Below, one piece after another: positions 31,397-42,023 of a stretch of 64,000 nucleotides of DNA (positions are counted from its first letter, which is position 1; each line of letters opens with the position of its first letter). This DNA comes from an uncultured Chloroflexia bacterium. Lineage in GTDB: Bacteria > Chloroflexota > Anaerolineae > CG2-30-64-16. The stretch lies in contig CAVZDU010000001.1 in NCBI GenBank assembly GCA_963774265.1, forward strand, positions 288,001 through 352,000. The letters are read 5' to 3'. A program made the position numbers and the translations under genes. The notes beneath the pieces are model-generated. The model saw nothing but the letters and a program-made list of their open reading frames with translations, did no database searches and had not been told where the DNA came from.

Positions 31397-32816
31397 CTAC
31401 GGATTGGATGCGCCAACGCCTGCCGGCACGCCCATGCCCCGCGCGGCAATCATCCCTGGCGCCCAAATATCGGGGCCCATCGCCAGCACCGCGCAGGCGT
31501 GCCGCCAGAAGGGTGTGCACCCGGGATCGGCGCTCTCTGCCAACCACACGGCGTTCAACGGCGGCAGGGACTGGACGGGCGAATCGCGATAAAGGGGACC
31601 TGCACACGCGCCCGGACTGACCATCACTGGCGCCCCTGCACTCAACGGCGGGACAATAACCTGCGCACGCTTCCGCTCCTCGACTGCTTCCGCCACACCA
31701 GCACTGCGCCCTGCGTGCCACTCGCCCGTCGCCACCTGCTTCAGCTCTTCAAGCTCCAGATACAACACATCACCCGGCCGTGCGATCATCCCCGCAGCCA
31801 TCGCTTCCTCAGCCGCCGCGGCCGACCAATGCTGCGCCGCGGCCATCACCGTGGTCAGCGCATCCCAGGCCACATCGGCTGTGCGCATCATGGCGTGCAC
31901 CTGGTGCAACAGGTCCTCCGTTTGCCGGAAGCGTCCGCTATCCAGTCGACCTCGGATCTCGGCCAGGGCCACCCTGCGCTGATCCGCGGCGCTTTCAGGC
32001 CCCCAACCGGCGTCGCCTGCCCCGGCAAGGTGCGCGAGGAGTTCCGGGGCCGCGCCCCAGCGCAGCGCATCGGGTTGCACCTCGCGAGGACCGCGGTGGC
32101 TGGAGCGGGCGAGGATGGCCAACCGGGCAGGGTCCGCGGCAGGCAGGCGAGCCGCGTCATTCACCGCCCCGGCCGCGATCACCGAGGGCAAGCCATCGAC
32201 CCCCAGGTAAAGGGATGCGAGAACGTCGGGCGGGCAATGGGGAGCCCATTCAGCCAGCAGCGCCTGCAACTGAGCGTGCGCAGCGTTCAGCCCCATGCGT
32301 GCCGTAAAGTAAACCTGCAAGGCGGCAAGAGCGTGCGGCTCCAATTCTTCCATCGCCTGGAGCAGATCCGCCTGAGTCCATCTCAACTCCTGCACGGAAG
32401 TCAGCCAGCGCGAACAGGCGCGCCTGCAGGCCGAGGGCGTCGCCGGGAGTGGCTGCTATGCAGGCCTGGCAGCGTTTGACGGTGTTGTTGATTTGCAGAC
32501 GCGCCAACAGCCCGCCCAACGCTTTGGGCTGCGCACGCCCCAACCACGCGGCGCCGGCCAGTGTTCGATCGGCCTGTGCCACGAGCGCCGAATTCAGATG
32601 AATGATGCCACCGTCAGATCGCCAGAATAGCTCGTCGGGCGAAATCGAGCCTGTCCCAAGCTCGCTGTAGGCGCCGCGCAGTGCGGCCTCAGCCGGCGAC
32701 CGCAACAGGGTCCAGGCGAAGGGTGTGGTCCGGGGGCCAAACAAATCACGGGCCAGGTCCCTCGTCCAGGAGGCCTGGCCCGTGCTAGCCGCTTTCAATA
32801 ATTCGATTGACTTCAA
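31397..32816 (-). CDS. Degenerate PEP-utilising-enzyme (mobile His domain / rifampicin phosphotransferase-like) protein, frameshift near 32395
   Basis: GDVLYLELEEL, SPGACAGP, ADPGCTPF and APGMIAARGMGVPA, compared with canonical TDPGWTPL and SHxAIVAREYGIPA. Confidence 0.6.
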
Positions 32817-32834
32817 CAGATACCTTCCGCGGGG

Positions 32835-33443
32835 CTAGCCGATCGTACCAATCCCCAGCAGGAGCAAATCGACGATGCCTGTAAGGCGCTCGGTCAGGGG
32901 GTAAGGCCGGGTGCTCTCGCACCAACGGACGAGTTGCTGCAGGTACAGGGCATCCAGCGCCGCAGCGAGCCCATCAGGGTCAAGGTTGCGGTTCACCTCG
33001 CCGTTATATTGCGCCTGGCGGATCATGAGCGATGCCACGGGCTGCAGGCTGAAACCGCCCGCGTCGCCGGCCAACAGATCGGGCGCTGTCACACCCTTGC
33101 GAAAGATCAGCGAGACCAGCGTGCGGTCCTGTTCCAGATTGGTCGCCAGCGCGGCCATGAGTCGCTTCAACTTGCCGATGGCGGTGCCGCGGCCGTTGCC
33201 ATTGCCCATGACTGAGGTGCCAAGACGGCCGATCTCGCGCGTGCCCAGGTAACGCAGCACTGCATCCTTGGTTGGGAAGTAGTTAAAGAAGGTGCCCTTA
33301 GCCAGCCCGGCATGCCGGGTTATCTGGTCCACGGTTGTGCCGTCGTAACCTTGCGTGCGGAAGAGGCTGAGTGCGGCCTCGTATATGCGTTCGCGCCGCT
33401 CCAGCTTAGCCTGTTCGCGCCGGCCTCGTGGTGGCTCTGTCAT
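32835..33443 (-). CDS. TetR/AcrR-family regulator
   Basis: RERIYEAALSLF..GYDGTTVDQIT..AGLAKGTFFNYFPTKD. Confidence 0.95.
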   Translation of the reverse strand: MTEPPRGRREQAKLERRERIYEAALSLFRTQGYDGTTVDQITRHAGLAKGTFFNYFPTKDAVLRYLGTREIGRLGTSVMGNGNGRGTAIGKLKRLMAALATNLEQDRTLVSLIFRKGVTAPDLLAGDAGGFSLQPVASLMIRQAQYNGEVNRNLDPDGLAAALDALYLQQLVRWCESTRPYPLTERLTGIVDLLLLGIGTIG

Positions 33444-33585
33444 GCAACCCTCCGATGGAACTGCCTCTCGATGGTCTGATCACTCAGTGTTTCAGAGGTC
33501 TGTGTTGTGCTTTCCGATAATGGAGACGTCGCAAAAACGCGGAGGTTACGGGAAAAATGACCGCAGTTCAAAAATTTACAGTATT

Positions 33586-33621
33586 CGCCCCGGTTCGGAT
33601 GCACCAGCCCGAACCGGGGCG
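33586..33621 (-). terminator. Hairpin downstream of sod
   Basis: 13-bp stem CGCCCCGGTTCGG / CCGAACCGGGGCG. Confidence 0.6.
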
Positions 33622-33628
33622 GTCATGA

Positions 33629-34234
33629 CTAGCGCCGCTCGAAGTTTCCGGCGACGGCCGGCCAGTTGATCACGTTGTAGAAATTGGCGATGTACTCGGG
33701 ACGGCGGTTCTGGTACTTGAGGTAGTAGGCATGCTCCCACACATCCAGGCCCAGGAGCGGCGTGTCGCCGGTCATCAAGGGACTGTCCTGGTTCGGGGTG
33801 CTGTAAACCTCCAGGCTGCCGTCCTTCTTCAGAACCAACCACGCCCAGCCGCTGCCAAAACGCGTGGTGGCCGCAACGGTAAACTTTTCTTTGAAAGCAT
33901 CGAAGCTGCCGAAGGCCTTGTCTATGGCGGCAGCCAGCTTACCCGTCGGTGCGCCGCCCGCATTCGGGGCCATGACCTTCCAGAAGAGGTTGTGGTTCAC
34001 AAAACCCCCGCCGTTGTTGCGCACCACGGTGCGAATGCTCTCAGGGACGCGATCGATCTTCGCCAGGAGTTCCTCGACCGGCATGTCGGCCCACTCGGTG
34101 CCGTCAATCGCCTTGTTAAGGTTATTCAGGTAAGCCGCGTGATGTTTATCGTGATGGATCTGCATCGTCATCGTGTCAATCCAAGGCTCGAGTGCAGCGT
34201 AATCATACGGAAGTGGCGCCAGTTGATGTGTCAT
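33629..34234 (-). CDS. sodA: Fe/Mn superoxide dismutase
   Basis: [39 protein letters not shown]; AGGAGG RBS. Confidence 0.96.
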   Translation of the reverse strand: MTHQLAPLPYDYAALEPWIDTMTMQIHHDKHHAAYLNNLNKAIDGTEWADMPVEELLAKIDRVPESIRTVVRNNGGGFVNHNLFWKVMAPNAGGAPTGKLAAAIDKAFGSFDAFKEKFTVAATTRFGSGWAWLVLKKDGSLEVYSTPNQDSPLMTGDTPLLGLDVWEHAYYLKYQNRRPEYIANFYNVINWPAVAGNFERR

Positions 34235-34279
34235 TTCATTCCCTCCTAAAGGTGTTAGTTTCGATTCAATCGTAACGTC

Positions 34280-34335
34280 AGGATACTCCTGGTTGAAATA
34301 TTTGTCAAATTTATAAAGCAATAAGTTTATAAATT
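34280..34335 (-). promoter_or_regulatory. sod promoter with an upstream AT-rich inverted repeat
   Basis: TTGACA-17 nt-TATCCT (34308-34280); AATTTATAAA-8 nt-TTTATAAATT at 34308-34335. Confidence 0.6.
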
Positions 34336-34368
34336 CATCCAGGCGGCGTCTGTCGAGGCGCGGTGCTT

Positions 34369-34396
34369 TTGACAGGGGAAAGGGCTGGAGTATAAT
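34369..34396 (+). promoter_or_regulatory. Consensus sigma70 promoter of the potassium-uptake operon
   Basis: TTGACA-16 nt-TATAAT. Confidence 0.8.
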
Positions 34397-34417
34397 AGAT
34401 CGCCTGAAGCATCTGGC

Positions 34418-34452
34418 AAAGCCTGCCCGCACTGCGGGTGGGTTTTTTATTT
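34418..34452 (+). terminator. Intrinsic terminator inside the 5' leader of the kimA operon
   Basis: AAAGCCTGCCCGC-ACT-GCGGGTGGGTTTT followed by TTATTT, between the promoter and the start codon. Confidence 0.7.
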
Positions 34453-34512
34453 CCCGTGTCGTTGTGGAATTGAGGAAATGGGTCGCGTTGTCCTGCGCGG
34501 CCCAAAGCAAGC

Positions 34513-36456
34513 ATGCAACCCGTTGATGACAACCCTATCGGCGTGCAACATCGCAGCACCGATTATGTCCCTCCGCACTCTTGGCGCACCTGGTTGTTTG
34601 GCCGGCCGCTGACCACGGCCGACGCCCCACATCAGGCGATTCGCAAAATCGTCGGATTGGCGGTCTTTTCTTCGGATGCCATGTCGTCGTCAGCCTATGC
34701 GACGCAGGAAATGCTGGTCATGCTGGCACTGGCTGGCACCGCGGCCTTTGGCTACGCTATCCCTTTGTCTTTTGCCATCGTTGGCCTCCTGGCCATCGTC
34801 ACCATTTCATATGAGCAGACGATCCACGCCTATCCCGGCGGCGGCGGCGCGTACATCGTCGTCGCGGGACAACCTGGGCGAGTTGCCCGCCCAGGTAGCC
34901 GGCGCCGCGCTGCTGACCGATTACATCCTGACCGTCGCCGTGTCCATCTCCTCGGGCGTCGCGCAGATCACCTCCGCCCTCCCCGCGGTATTTCCGTGGC
35001 GCGTCGAGATCGCGGTTGTATTGGTATTCTTTGTGATGGTGATCAACTTGCGCGGCGTGAAGGAGTCAGGGACGATCTTCGCGATCCCGACCTACTTCTT
35101 CATCTTCATGATGTTTGCCACTGTCATCGTAGGCCTGGTTCGCTACCTGTCCGGCAGCCTCGGCACGGTGATCGATCCGCCGGAATTGGAGATGATCCAC
35201 GGCGCGCAGACGGTGTCACTCTTCTTGATCCTGCGCGCATTCGCCAACGGCACCAGCGCGCTCACCGGTGTGGAGGCCATTTCCAACGGCATCCCCGCTT
35301 TCCAGGAGCCGCGCAGCCGCAATGCCGGCGTCACCCTGATCTGGATGTCCTCCATTTTGGGCGCCCTCCTGCTCGGCATCACCTTCCTGGCTGTGCACAT
35401 CGGCGCGGTGCCATCCGAGTTCGAGACGGTCATATCCGCAGTTAGGCCGGACGGCCTTTGGCGGCCGCAACACTCTCTACCTGTTAGTTATCACTGCAAC
35501 ATCATTGATCTTGATCATGGCCGCGAACACGGCCTTCGCGGACTTTCCCCGGTTATCAGCCTTGCTCGCCCAGGACGGCTTCCTGCCGCGCCAGTTGGCC
35601 TACCGCGGCAGCCGGCTCGTCTTCTCACGCGGCATCTTTGCTCTGGCAGCAATCGCCGCGCTCCTGATTGTCTTGTTCGATGCTTCGGTGACGGCCTTGA
35701 TCCCGCTCTACGCCATCGGGGTCTTCCTCTCCTTCACGATATCGCAAACCGGCATGGCCATACGTTGGCGCAAGATCGGCCGGCTAAAACCGGACGAGGA
35801 GCGCAAGGAACGCGGGTCGACACTGCGATACGAACCAAACTGGCAGATCAAGATGTTTGTCAACGGCTTCGGCGCGATCCTGACCGCTGTCGTAGCCGTG
35901 GTATTCGCGGTGGCCAAGTTCACCGACGGCGCCTACATCATCCTGATTCTGATTCCCTTCATCGTGTTCTGGCTGAGCAGCATTCATCGTCACTATCGCA
36001 ACCTGGCGCGCAGCCTGTCGCTGGAGGACTTCGGCGAACCGCCGCCGGTCTCCCGCCATCGGGTCATCTTGCCCCTGAGCGGCGTGCACCGCGGCACCTT
36101 GGCTGCATTACGGTACGCGGCAGGAGTTATCGCAGGACGTCACCGCAGTGCACGTGTCGGTTGACCCGGACGAAACCGAGAAGCTACAAAAGAAGTGGGA
36201 CACCTGGGGTGAAGGCGTCCGCCTGGTGATCGTGGAGTCGCCATACCGTCTGCTCGTCGAGCCGTTGCTGGAATACATCGAGGACATCATCGGGCAACGC
36301 CAGCCGAACGATATCATCACTGTCGTAGTGCCGCGCTTCGTGCCCAAGCGGGCGGCCGCGAATCTATTGCACACGCAGGCAGCCACCTGGTTACAGTTGG
36401 CTCTGCTGGGAAGGCCGGGCGTCGTCATCACAGACGTGCCCTATCAGGTCGAATAG
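34513..36456 (+). CDS. kimA: APC-family potassium transporter, KimA/YdaO-like (frameshifts)
   Basis: [63 protein letters not shown]; C-terminal VITDVPY. Confidence 0.88.
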
Positions 36457-36473
36457 AACTGTCAGAGGAAAAG

Positions 36474-37133
36474 ATGAACATCATTGTTGTGGGGTGCGGT
36501 CGGGTCGGCTCCGAACTGGCCTACAATCTCTATCAACGCGGCCATAAGGTTGTGGTGCTGGACCAGAACCCGGATGCATTCAGGAACCTCCCGGCCGACT
36601 TTCGCGGCCGCACGATGGCCGGCGATGTGCTCAACAAGGAGCTTCTGCTGCGTGCCGGCATTGATAGCGCGGATGCGCTGGCCGCGGTCACGCCAGTTGA
36701 TTCGGTCAACGCGGTGATCGCCCATACCGCCAAAGTCGTCTGGAAGGTTAAGAACATCGTGGTTCGCGATTTCGAGCCAAACAAGCGCGGCCTGCACGAA
36801 GCGTTCGGCTACCAGATGGTCAGCCCCAGCCTCTGGGGCGCGCAACGGATTGAAGAGATGCTGAGCGGCGGTGCGCTGCGCACCGTGTTCTCTGCGGGCA
36901 ATGGCGAGGTCGAAGTGTACGAATTCACCGTACCGGCCGCGTGGCACGGAAAGCATCTGACGGAACTCGTGTACAATGGCAATTGCCAACCCGTCGCGGT
37001 ATCGCGTGCCGGCAGCGCGATGCTTCCATCGCCGAGTCTGCTCGTTCAGACGGGCGACGTGATTCACGTCAGCGCCACCCAGGACGGCGTTGAAGCGCTA
37101 CGGCTGCGGCTCATAGAGGTCGAGGAGGGCTGA
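36474..37133 (+). CDS. trkA: TrkA/KtrA-family RCK potassium regulator
   Basis: IIVVGCGRVG Rossmann fold plus TrkA_C domain. Confidence 0.9.
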   Translation: MNIIVVGCGRVGSELAYNLYQRGHKVVVLDQNPDAFRNLPADFRGRTMAGDVLNKELLLRAGIDSADALAAVTPVDSVNAVIAHTAKVVWKVKNIVVRDFEPNKRGLHEAFGYQMVSPSLWGAQRIEEMLSGGALRTVFSAGNGEVEVYEFTVPAAWHGKHLTELVYNGNCQPVAVSRAGSAMLPSPSLLVQTGDVIHVSATQDGVEALRLRLIEVEEG

Positions 37134-37134
37134 G

Positions 37135-37809
37135 ATGTTCGTTATCATCGTAGGCGGTGGCCGGACGGGCGCCCAACTCGCATCTCTGCTGGTGCAGCAG
37201 AATCACAAGGTGCACCTTGTGGAGCAGCGCCCCGATGTGCTCAATCGCATCCACCATGAATTGCCCACGGAGGTCATCTACCAGGGTGACCCCACGGACC
37301 CTGAGGTGCTAGAAGCCGCGGGCATCCGCGAGGCTCAGGTGCTGGCCGCCTGCACCACCAGTGACGCGGACAATCTGGTGCTATGCTATCTTGCTCGGCA
37401 GCGCTACGGTATCGGTCGGACGATCGCGCGCATCAACAACCCGCGGAGCGCCTGGTTCTTCGATGAGAAGTTCAACGTCGATGTGGCGCTCAACCAGGCC
37501 GACCTGATGGCCAAGCTGATCGCGGAAGAAATGTCGTTAGGCGACATGATGACGTTGCTCAAGATGCGCAAAGGCGCGGTCTCGCTGGTGGAAGAAAAAA
37601 TCGCAGCCGGCGCCGTGGCCGATGGCGCGTTTGTGCGCGATCTTAAGCTGCCCGAGGACTGCACCCTGGCGGCCGTCATTCGCAAGGAAGATGTATTCGC
37701 TGTGCGCGGTGACACGCGTCTCCAGGCCGGCGATGAGGTCCTGGCCGTGGTCGCCACCGAACAGAAACCCGCCCTGGCTGCCATCCTGGGCCATACGAAG
37801 AGCATCTAG
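37135..37809 (+). CDS. trkA: TrkA/KtrA-family RCK potassium regulator (second subunit)
   Basis: IIVGGGRTG, DADNL, IARINNP, GDEVL. Confidence 0.9.
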   Translation: MFVIIVGGGRTGAQLASLLVQQNHKVHLVEQRPDVLNRIHHELPTEVIYQGDPTDPEVLEAAGIREAQVLAACTTSDADNLVLCYLARQRYGIGRTIARINNPRSAWFFDEKFNVDVALNQADLMAKLIAEEMSLGDMMTLLKMRKGAVSLVEEKIAAGAVADGAFVRDLKLPEDCTLAAVIRKEDVFAVRGDTRLQAGDEVLAVVATEQKPALAAILGHTKSI

Positions 37810-39408
37810 CAGCCTGTCGGGGAGTTGCCACTGTGGGACAGGCTGAATCGTGATACACTGGTCGCATGACCAGAAAATTCAAGACGGTTGACTACGAAGC
37901 GGCTCTCGATCAGACGGCGGTCAGTCTGCGAGAAGCGTTGCCGGCCAATCATCTGGCTCGGTTCGTGGTAGAGTTGGTGGCCCAGCTGGATTTAACCAAC
38001 ATCTACCAACGCTATGGAGCACACGGCGGCGAAGCCTATGCGCCGGAGGATCCTGCTGGCGCTGTTGTTTTACGGCTACGCCACTGGCGTGTTCAGTTCC
38101 CGCAAGATCGAAAGGGCGACCTACGAGACGTTGCCTTTCCGGTTTGTAGCGGGCGGGCTGCATCCCGATCACGACACGCTGGCGAACTTTCGCAAGACGT
38201 TTCGGGTCGAGATCAAAGAGCTGTTCGTGCAAGTGCTGTTTCTGGCCCAGGCTACTGGCTACTTCAAGCTTGGCAACATCAGCATGGATGGCTCCAAGGT
38301 GCATGCCAATGCTTCCAAGAGCAAGGCGATCAGCTTCAAACGGCTACTGGAACTGGAAGCCCACTTGCGGGCCGAAGTGGACCAGTTGTTCATCCTGGCT
38401 GAACAGGCGGACCGCCACGAACTGTCGGACGCCATGAATGTCGCCGACGAGATCACTTTACGACAGGAACGTCTTGAGCGGTTGGCCGAGGCCAAGAAGG
38501 TGCTGCAAGCCCGGGCGCAGGAGCGGCAGGCGGCCGAGCAGGCCGAGTACGAAGCCAAGCAACGTGAGCGCGCGGCCAAAGCCAAGCGCTCAGGACGCAA
38601 GCCGCCGGGACGGCCGCCAACGCCGCCGTCTGGCGAGCCGCAGGACAAGGACCCGTACAACTTCACCGACCCTGAGTCGCGGATCATGAAGTGTTCCAGC
38701 AGCGCCGGGTTTGAGCAAGCCTACAACGCCCAGGTGGCAGTAGACCAGGATAGCTTGTTGATCGTCGCCTATAGCTTGTCCAACCACCCGAACGACAAAG
38801 CCGAGGCTGAACCAACTCTGGAAGCTCTGCCACCGGCCCTGGGCACGCCCGCAGCGGCGGCGCTGGACAACGGCTTCTGGAGCGAGAAGAATCTCGCTGC
38901 TCTGGAAAAGCGGCGCATCGAGCCTTACATCGCCACGGGCCGCGAGCCGCATCACAAGAGTTGGCAAGAGCGCTTCACCGCCGAGCCCGAGCCGCCAGCG
39001 GAGGATGCCAGCCCGCAGGTCAAGATGGCCTACAGGCTGCGTACTGAGATCGGCCAGGCGATCTACCGCTTACGCAAATGCACCGTCGAGCCGGTGATTG
39101 GCATCATCAAAGCGGTGCTCGGCTTCCGCCAGTTCTCGTTACGCGGCCTCAACGCCGCCAATAGCGAATGGGCCCTGGTCTGTTTGGCCTTTAACCTGAA
39201 GCGCATGCATACGTTGAGCTTGGCCTAACCGCGCCCAGCGCATGCTGGAGGCGGCTCGATGCAGCGCCGCCCGCCTGATTTTGGGATGTTAAGGATCATT
39301 TTCGATACTCGCCTGCCGGAGACCGTCACTACCAGCCGCTAACGTTAGCCCTTTGGGCTTACCGTACCGGCTGTTAGCCAGCCAATAACGCTCCTCTCCG
39401 ACAGGCTG
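37810..39408 (+). mobile_element. IS1182-family insertion sequence
   Basis: Terminal IRs CAGCCTGTCGG(G/A)GAG / CTCTCCGACAGGCTG; flanking CTAG at 37806-37809 and 39409-39412 (target duplication; exact length ambiguous because the site is palindromic). Confidence 0.92.
37866..39228 (+). CDS. IS1182-family DDE transposase (frameshift near 38045)
   Basis: LPANHLARFV, YGYATGVFSSRKIE, PDHDTLANFR, DGSKVHANAS, TDPESRIM, YNAQVAVD, YRLRKCTVEPVIGIIK. Confidence 0.92.
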
Positions 39409-39451
39409 CTAGCACTGGAAACCGTCCCCTTGGGGACATTGGAGCAGGGAT

Positions 39452-41213
39452 ATGTCTGAGAAGATCCTCGTCTGCGTCGCCTGGCCCTACTGCAACGGCG
39501 ACATGCACATCGGCCACATCGCCGGCGCTTATCTGCCGTCGGACATTTTCGCGCGCTATCATCGGCTGCGCGGCAATGACGTGCTGATGGTTTCCGGTTC
39601 CGACACCCACGGCACACCGATCACCGTGCGCGCCGAGGAGGAGGGCATCACCCCGCGCGAGGTGGTGGATCGCTACCACCCTCGCAATGTGGAGATGATG
39701 CGGCAGCTGGGGATCAGCTTCGACCTGTTTACGGAAACCGACACCGAAAACCACTGGGCCGTCACCCAGGAGATGTTTCTCAAACACATCGAGCATGAAA
39801 TCGTTTATCGCGATGTCATGCCCCAACTCTACTGCATTGACTGCAACAAGTGGCTGGCCGACCGCTACGTCGAAGGCGTCTGCCCGCATTGCGGCTTTGA
39901 TGGCGCGCGCGGAGATCAATGCGACAACTGCGGCCGGACGTACGATGCGACGGAGCTGCTGCAACCCGCGCTGCAAAAACTGCGGCGGCAGCAACATCGA
40001 GGTGCGTGAGACGGAGCACTTCTTCCTGAACTTGCGCGTTCTGAACCAGCCATTACTCGACTGGATCACGGACGGCACAAAGGATCACTGGCGGCCCAGT
40101 GTGTATAACTATACGTTGTCGCGCCTGGAGCGCCACGATTTGCGCGGCCGGCCGATTACCCGCGATATCTCCTGGGGCGTCACCATCCCCGTGCCCGGAT
40201 TCGAGGAAAAACGAATTTATGTGTGGTACGACGCCGTCATCGGCTACCTGTCCGCCTCCAAGGAATGGGCCTCCGTGATTGGCCAGCCCGACGCGTGGCG
40301 CGCCTGGTGGCAAGACCCCACCTCGCGCACCTACCACTTCATCGGCAAGGACAACATCGACTTCCACACCATCATCTGGCCCGGCATGCTCATCGGCTAT
40401 GACCGCAGCCTCAATCTCCCTTACGACGTGCCTGCCAATGAATACCTCAACGTCGAAGGCCGTAAGCTGAGCAAGAGCCGGCGCTGGATGATCGTGATGC
40501 GCGATGTGCTCGAACGGTACGCGCCCGACCCGTGGCGGTACGCGCTGACGGCGAGCATGCCCGAAAGCACCGATGTCAACTTCACCTGGGAAGAGTTCGT
40601 CCGCCGGAACAACGAAGAACTGGTCGCGACCTGGGGCAACCTGGCGAACAGGGTGTTGGGATTCGCGTACAAACGATTCGACGGCAAGGTCCCCGCATCT
40701 CGCGATCTGGACGCGGATGATCAAACGATGCTGGATGCCATCGCACCGGCTTTCCAGCGGGTAACCGCCGCGCTGGAGGCAGTGAAGCTCAAGCAGGCGC
40801 TCGGTGAGGCCATGACGCTGGCGCATGAGGCCAACCGTTATCTGAACCTCAAGGAACCCTGGAAGCAGATCAAAACCGATCCACAGGCGGCCGAAACCAG
40901 CGTGTTCGTCGCCCTGCGCGTCATCGACACGCTCAAGACGCTGCTGGCTCCGTTCCTGCCGTTCACCTGCCAGGCCCTGCATGAGTATCTCGGCTACGAC
41001 GGCGACCTGTTCGGCCAACTGTACACCGAGACGTTGCATGAATCCGAAAGATCACACCTGGCGCTGCGCTACGATGACAGCACCACGACCCGACGCTGGG
41101 CCGTGAGCGACTTGCAGCCCGGCCAGCCCTTGCGCGAACCAAAACCGCTGTTCCTCAAACTGGAACCCTCTGTCGCCGAGGAAGAAATCGAACGCATGAT
41201 GGCCACGACGTGA
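39452..41213 (+). CDS. metG: Methionine--tRNA ligase (frameshift near 39960; no C-terminal tRNA-binding domain)
   Basis: AWPY.NG..HIGH, GSDTHG, zinc knuckles, YVWYDA, IGKDN, KLSKS. Confidence 0.95.
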
Positions 41214-41218
41214 TCCCC

Positions 41219-41270
41219 GCCGTCCCTGTAAATAACTATCAAGAAAGTCATAGTAATTGACAGGGACGGC
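41219..41270. promoter_or_regulatory. 52-bp imperfect palindrome overlapping the TTGACA -35 upstream of the SufR-like gene
   Basis: GCCGTCCCTGTAAATAACTAT-10 nt-ATAGTAATTGACAGGGACGGC, 19 of 21 positions paired. Confidence 0.65.
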
Positions 41271-41363
41271 CCTCTATGCTATGATGTTGTCTCTGGCTCG
41301 CCTGAAAGTCACAGTCGTGCGTATCGGGCGGGCTTTACTGTAGCCAGGTCAGAGGGGGAAATC

Positions 41364-42023
41364 GTGCAGTCGGTTCGGCGGCGTATCACCGAGATTCTAA
41401 AAGAAGAGGGTGCTGCCACGGTGGCGGAACTGGCAGGTCAGCTCGGCATGGCCCAGGTTTCGGTCCGCCATCACCTGGACATCCTGGTCGGCGAAGATCT
41501 GGTGGAGCTCACCGGTGTTCGTCGTCGCGACGGTGCCGGCCGGCCAAGCCAAATGTACGCGCTGACCCGCAACGCTATGACGCTGTTTCCCCAACGCAAC
41601 GCACAACTGGCGAGCAGCGTCTTAACCGAGCTCAAGGCCGTGCTGCCACAGGACGCGGTGCGTGAGCTATTGATCCGGGTTGCGGAAAAAACCGCGCGCG
41701 AGGCGCCCAAGCCATCATTCAACCAGACGCCGGAAGAGCGGCTGGACCAGGTGGCCGGTTTTCTGACCCAGAAGGGCTACAGTGCGCGCTGGGAAACCTG
41801 CAACGGGCGCTACGAATTGCATGCCTGCAACTGCCCGTACAGCGGGGTGGCCGACCAACATCCTGAACTTTGTGTGATGGATCACATGCTGATCGAACAT
41901 CTGCTGCCCGATGCAATTCGCCTGCAATCCCGCGTGGTGGATGGCTCCACACGATGCACTTACGTCCTTGAGTCCAGCGCCAAACCGATGGAGGAGATCT
42001 CGGGTTCATCCGAGATGCGATGA
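41364..42023 (+). CDS. SufR-like (ArsR/DeoR HTH) Fe-S-sensing regulator
   Basis: HTH TVAELAGQLGMAQVSVRHHL, GRPSQMY; C-terminal CNCPY..HPELC...C. Confidence 0.85.
   Translation: MQSVRRRITEILKEEGAATVAELAGQLGMAQVSVRHHLDILVGEDLVELTGVRRRDGAGRPSQMYALTRNAMTLFPQRNAQLASSVLTELKAVLPQDAVRELLIRVAEKTAREAPKPSFNQTPEERLDQVAGFLTQKGYSARWETCNGRYELHACNCPYSGVADQHPELCVMDHMLIEHLLPDAIRLQSRVVDGSTRCTYVLESSAKPMEEISGSSEMR

Noticed and set aside
34397-34512. c-di-AMP (ydaO) riboswitch upstream of kimA
   Set aside because: The leader is too short and lacks the recognisable aptamer motifs; reported instead as a minimal attenuator.
38030-38060. Programmed frameshift in the IS1182 transposase
   Set aside because: No slippery sequence; IS1182 transposases are single-ORF; consistent with the window-wide indel noise.
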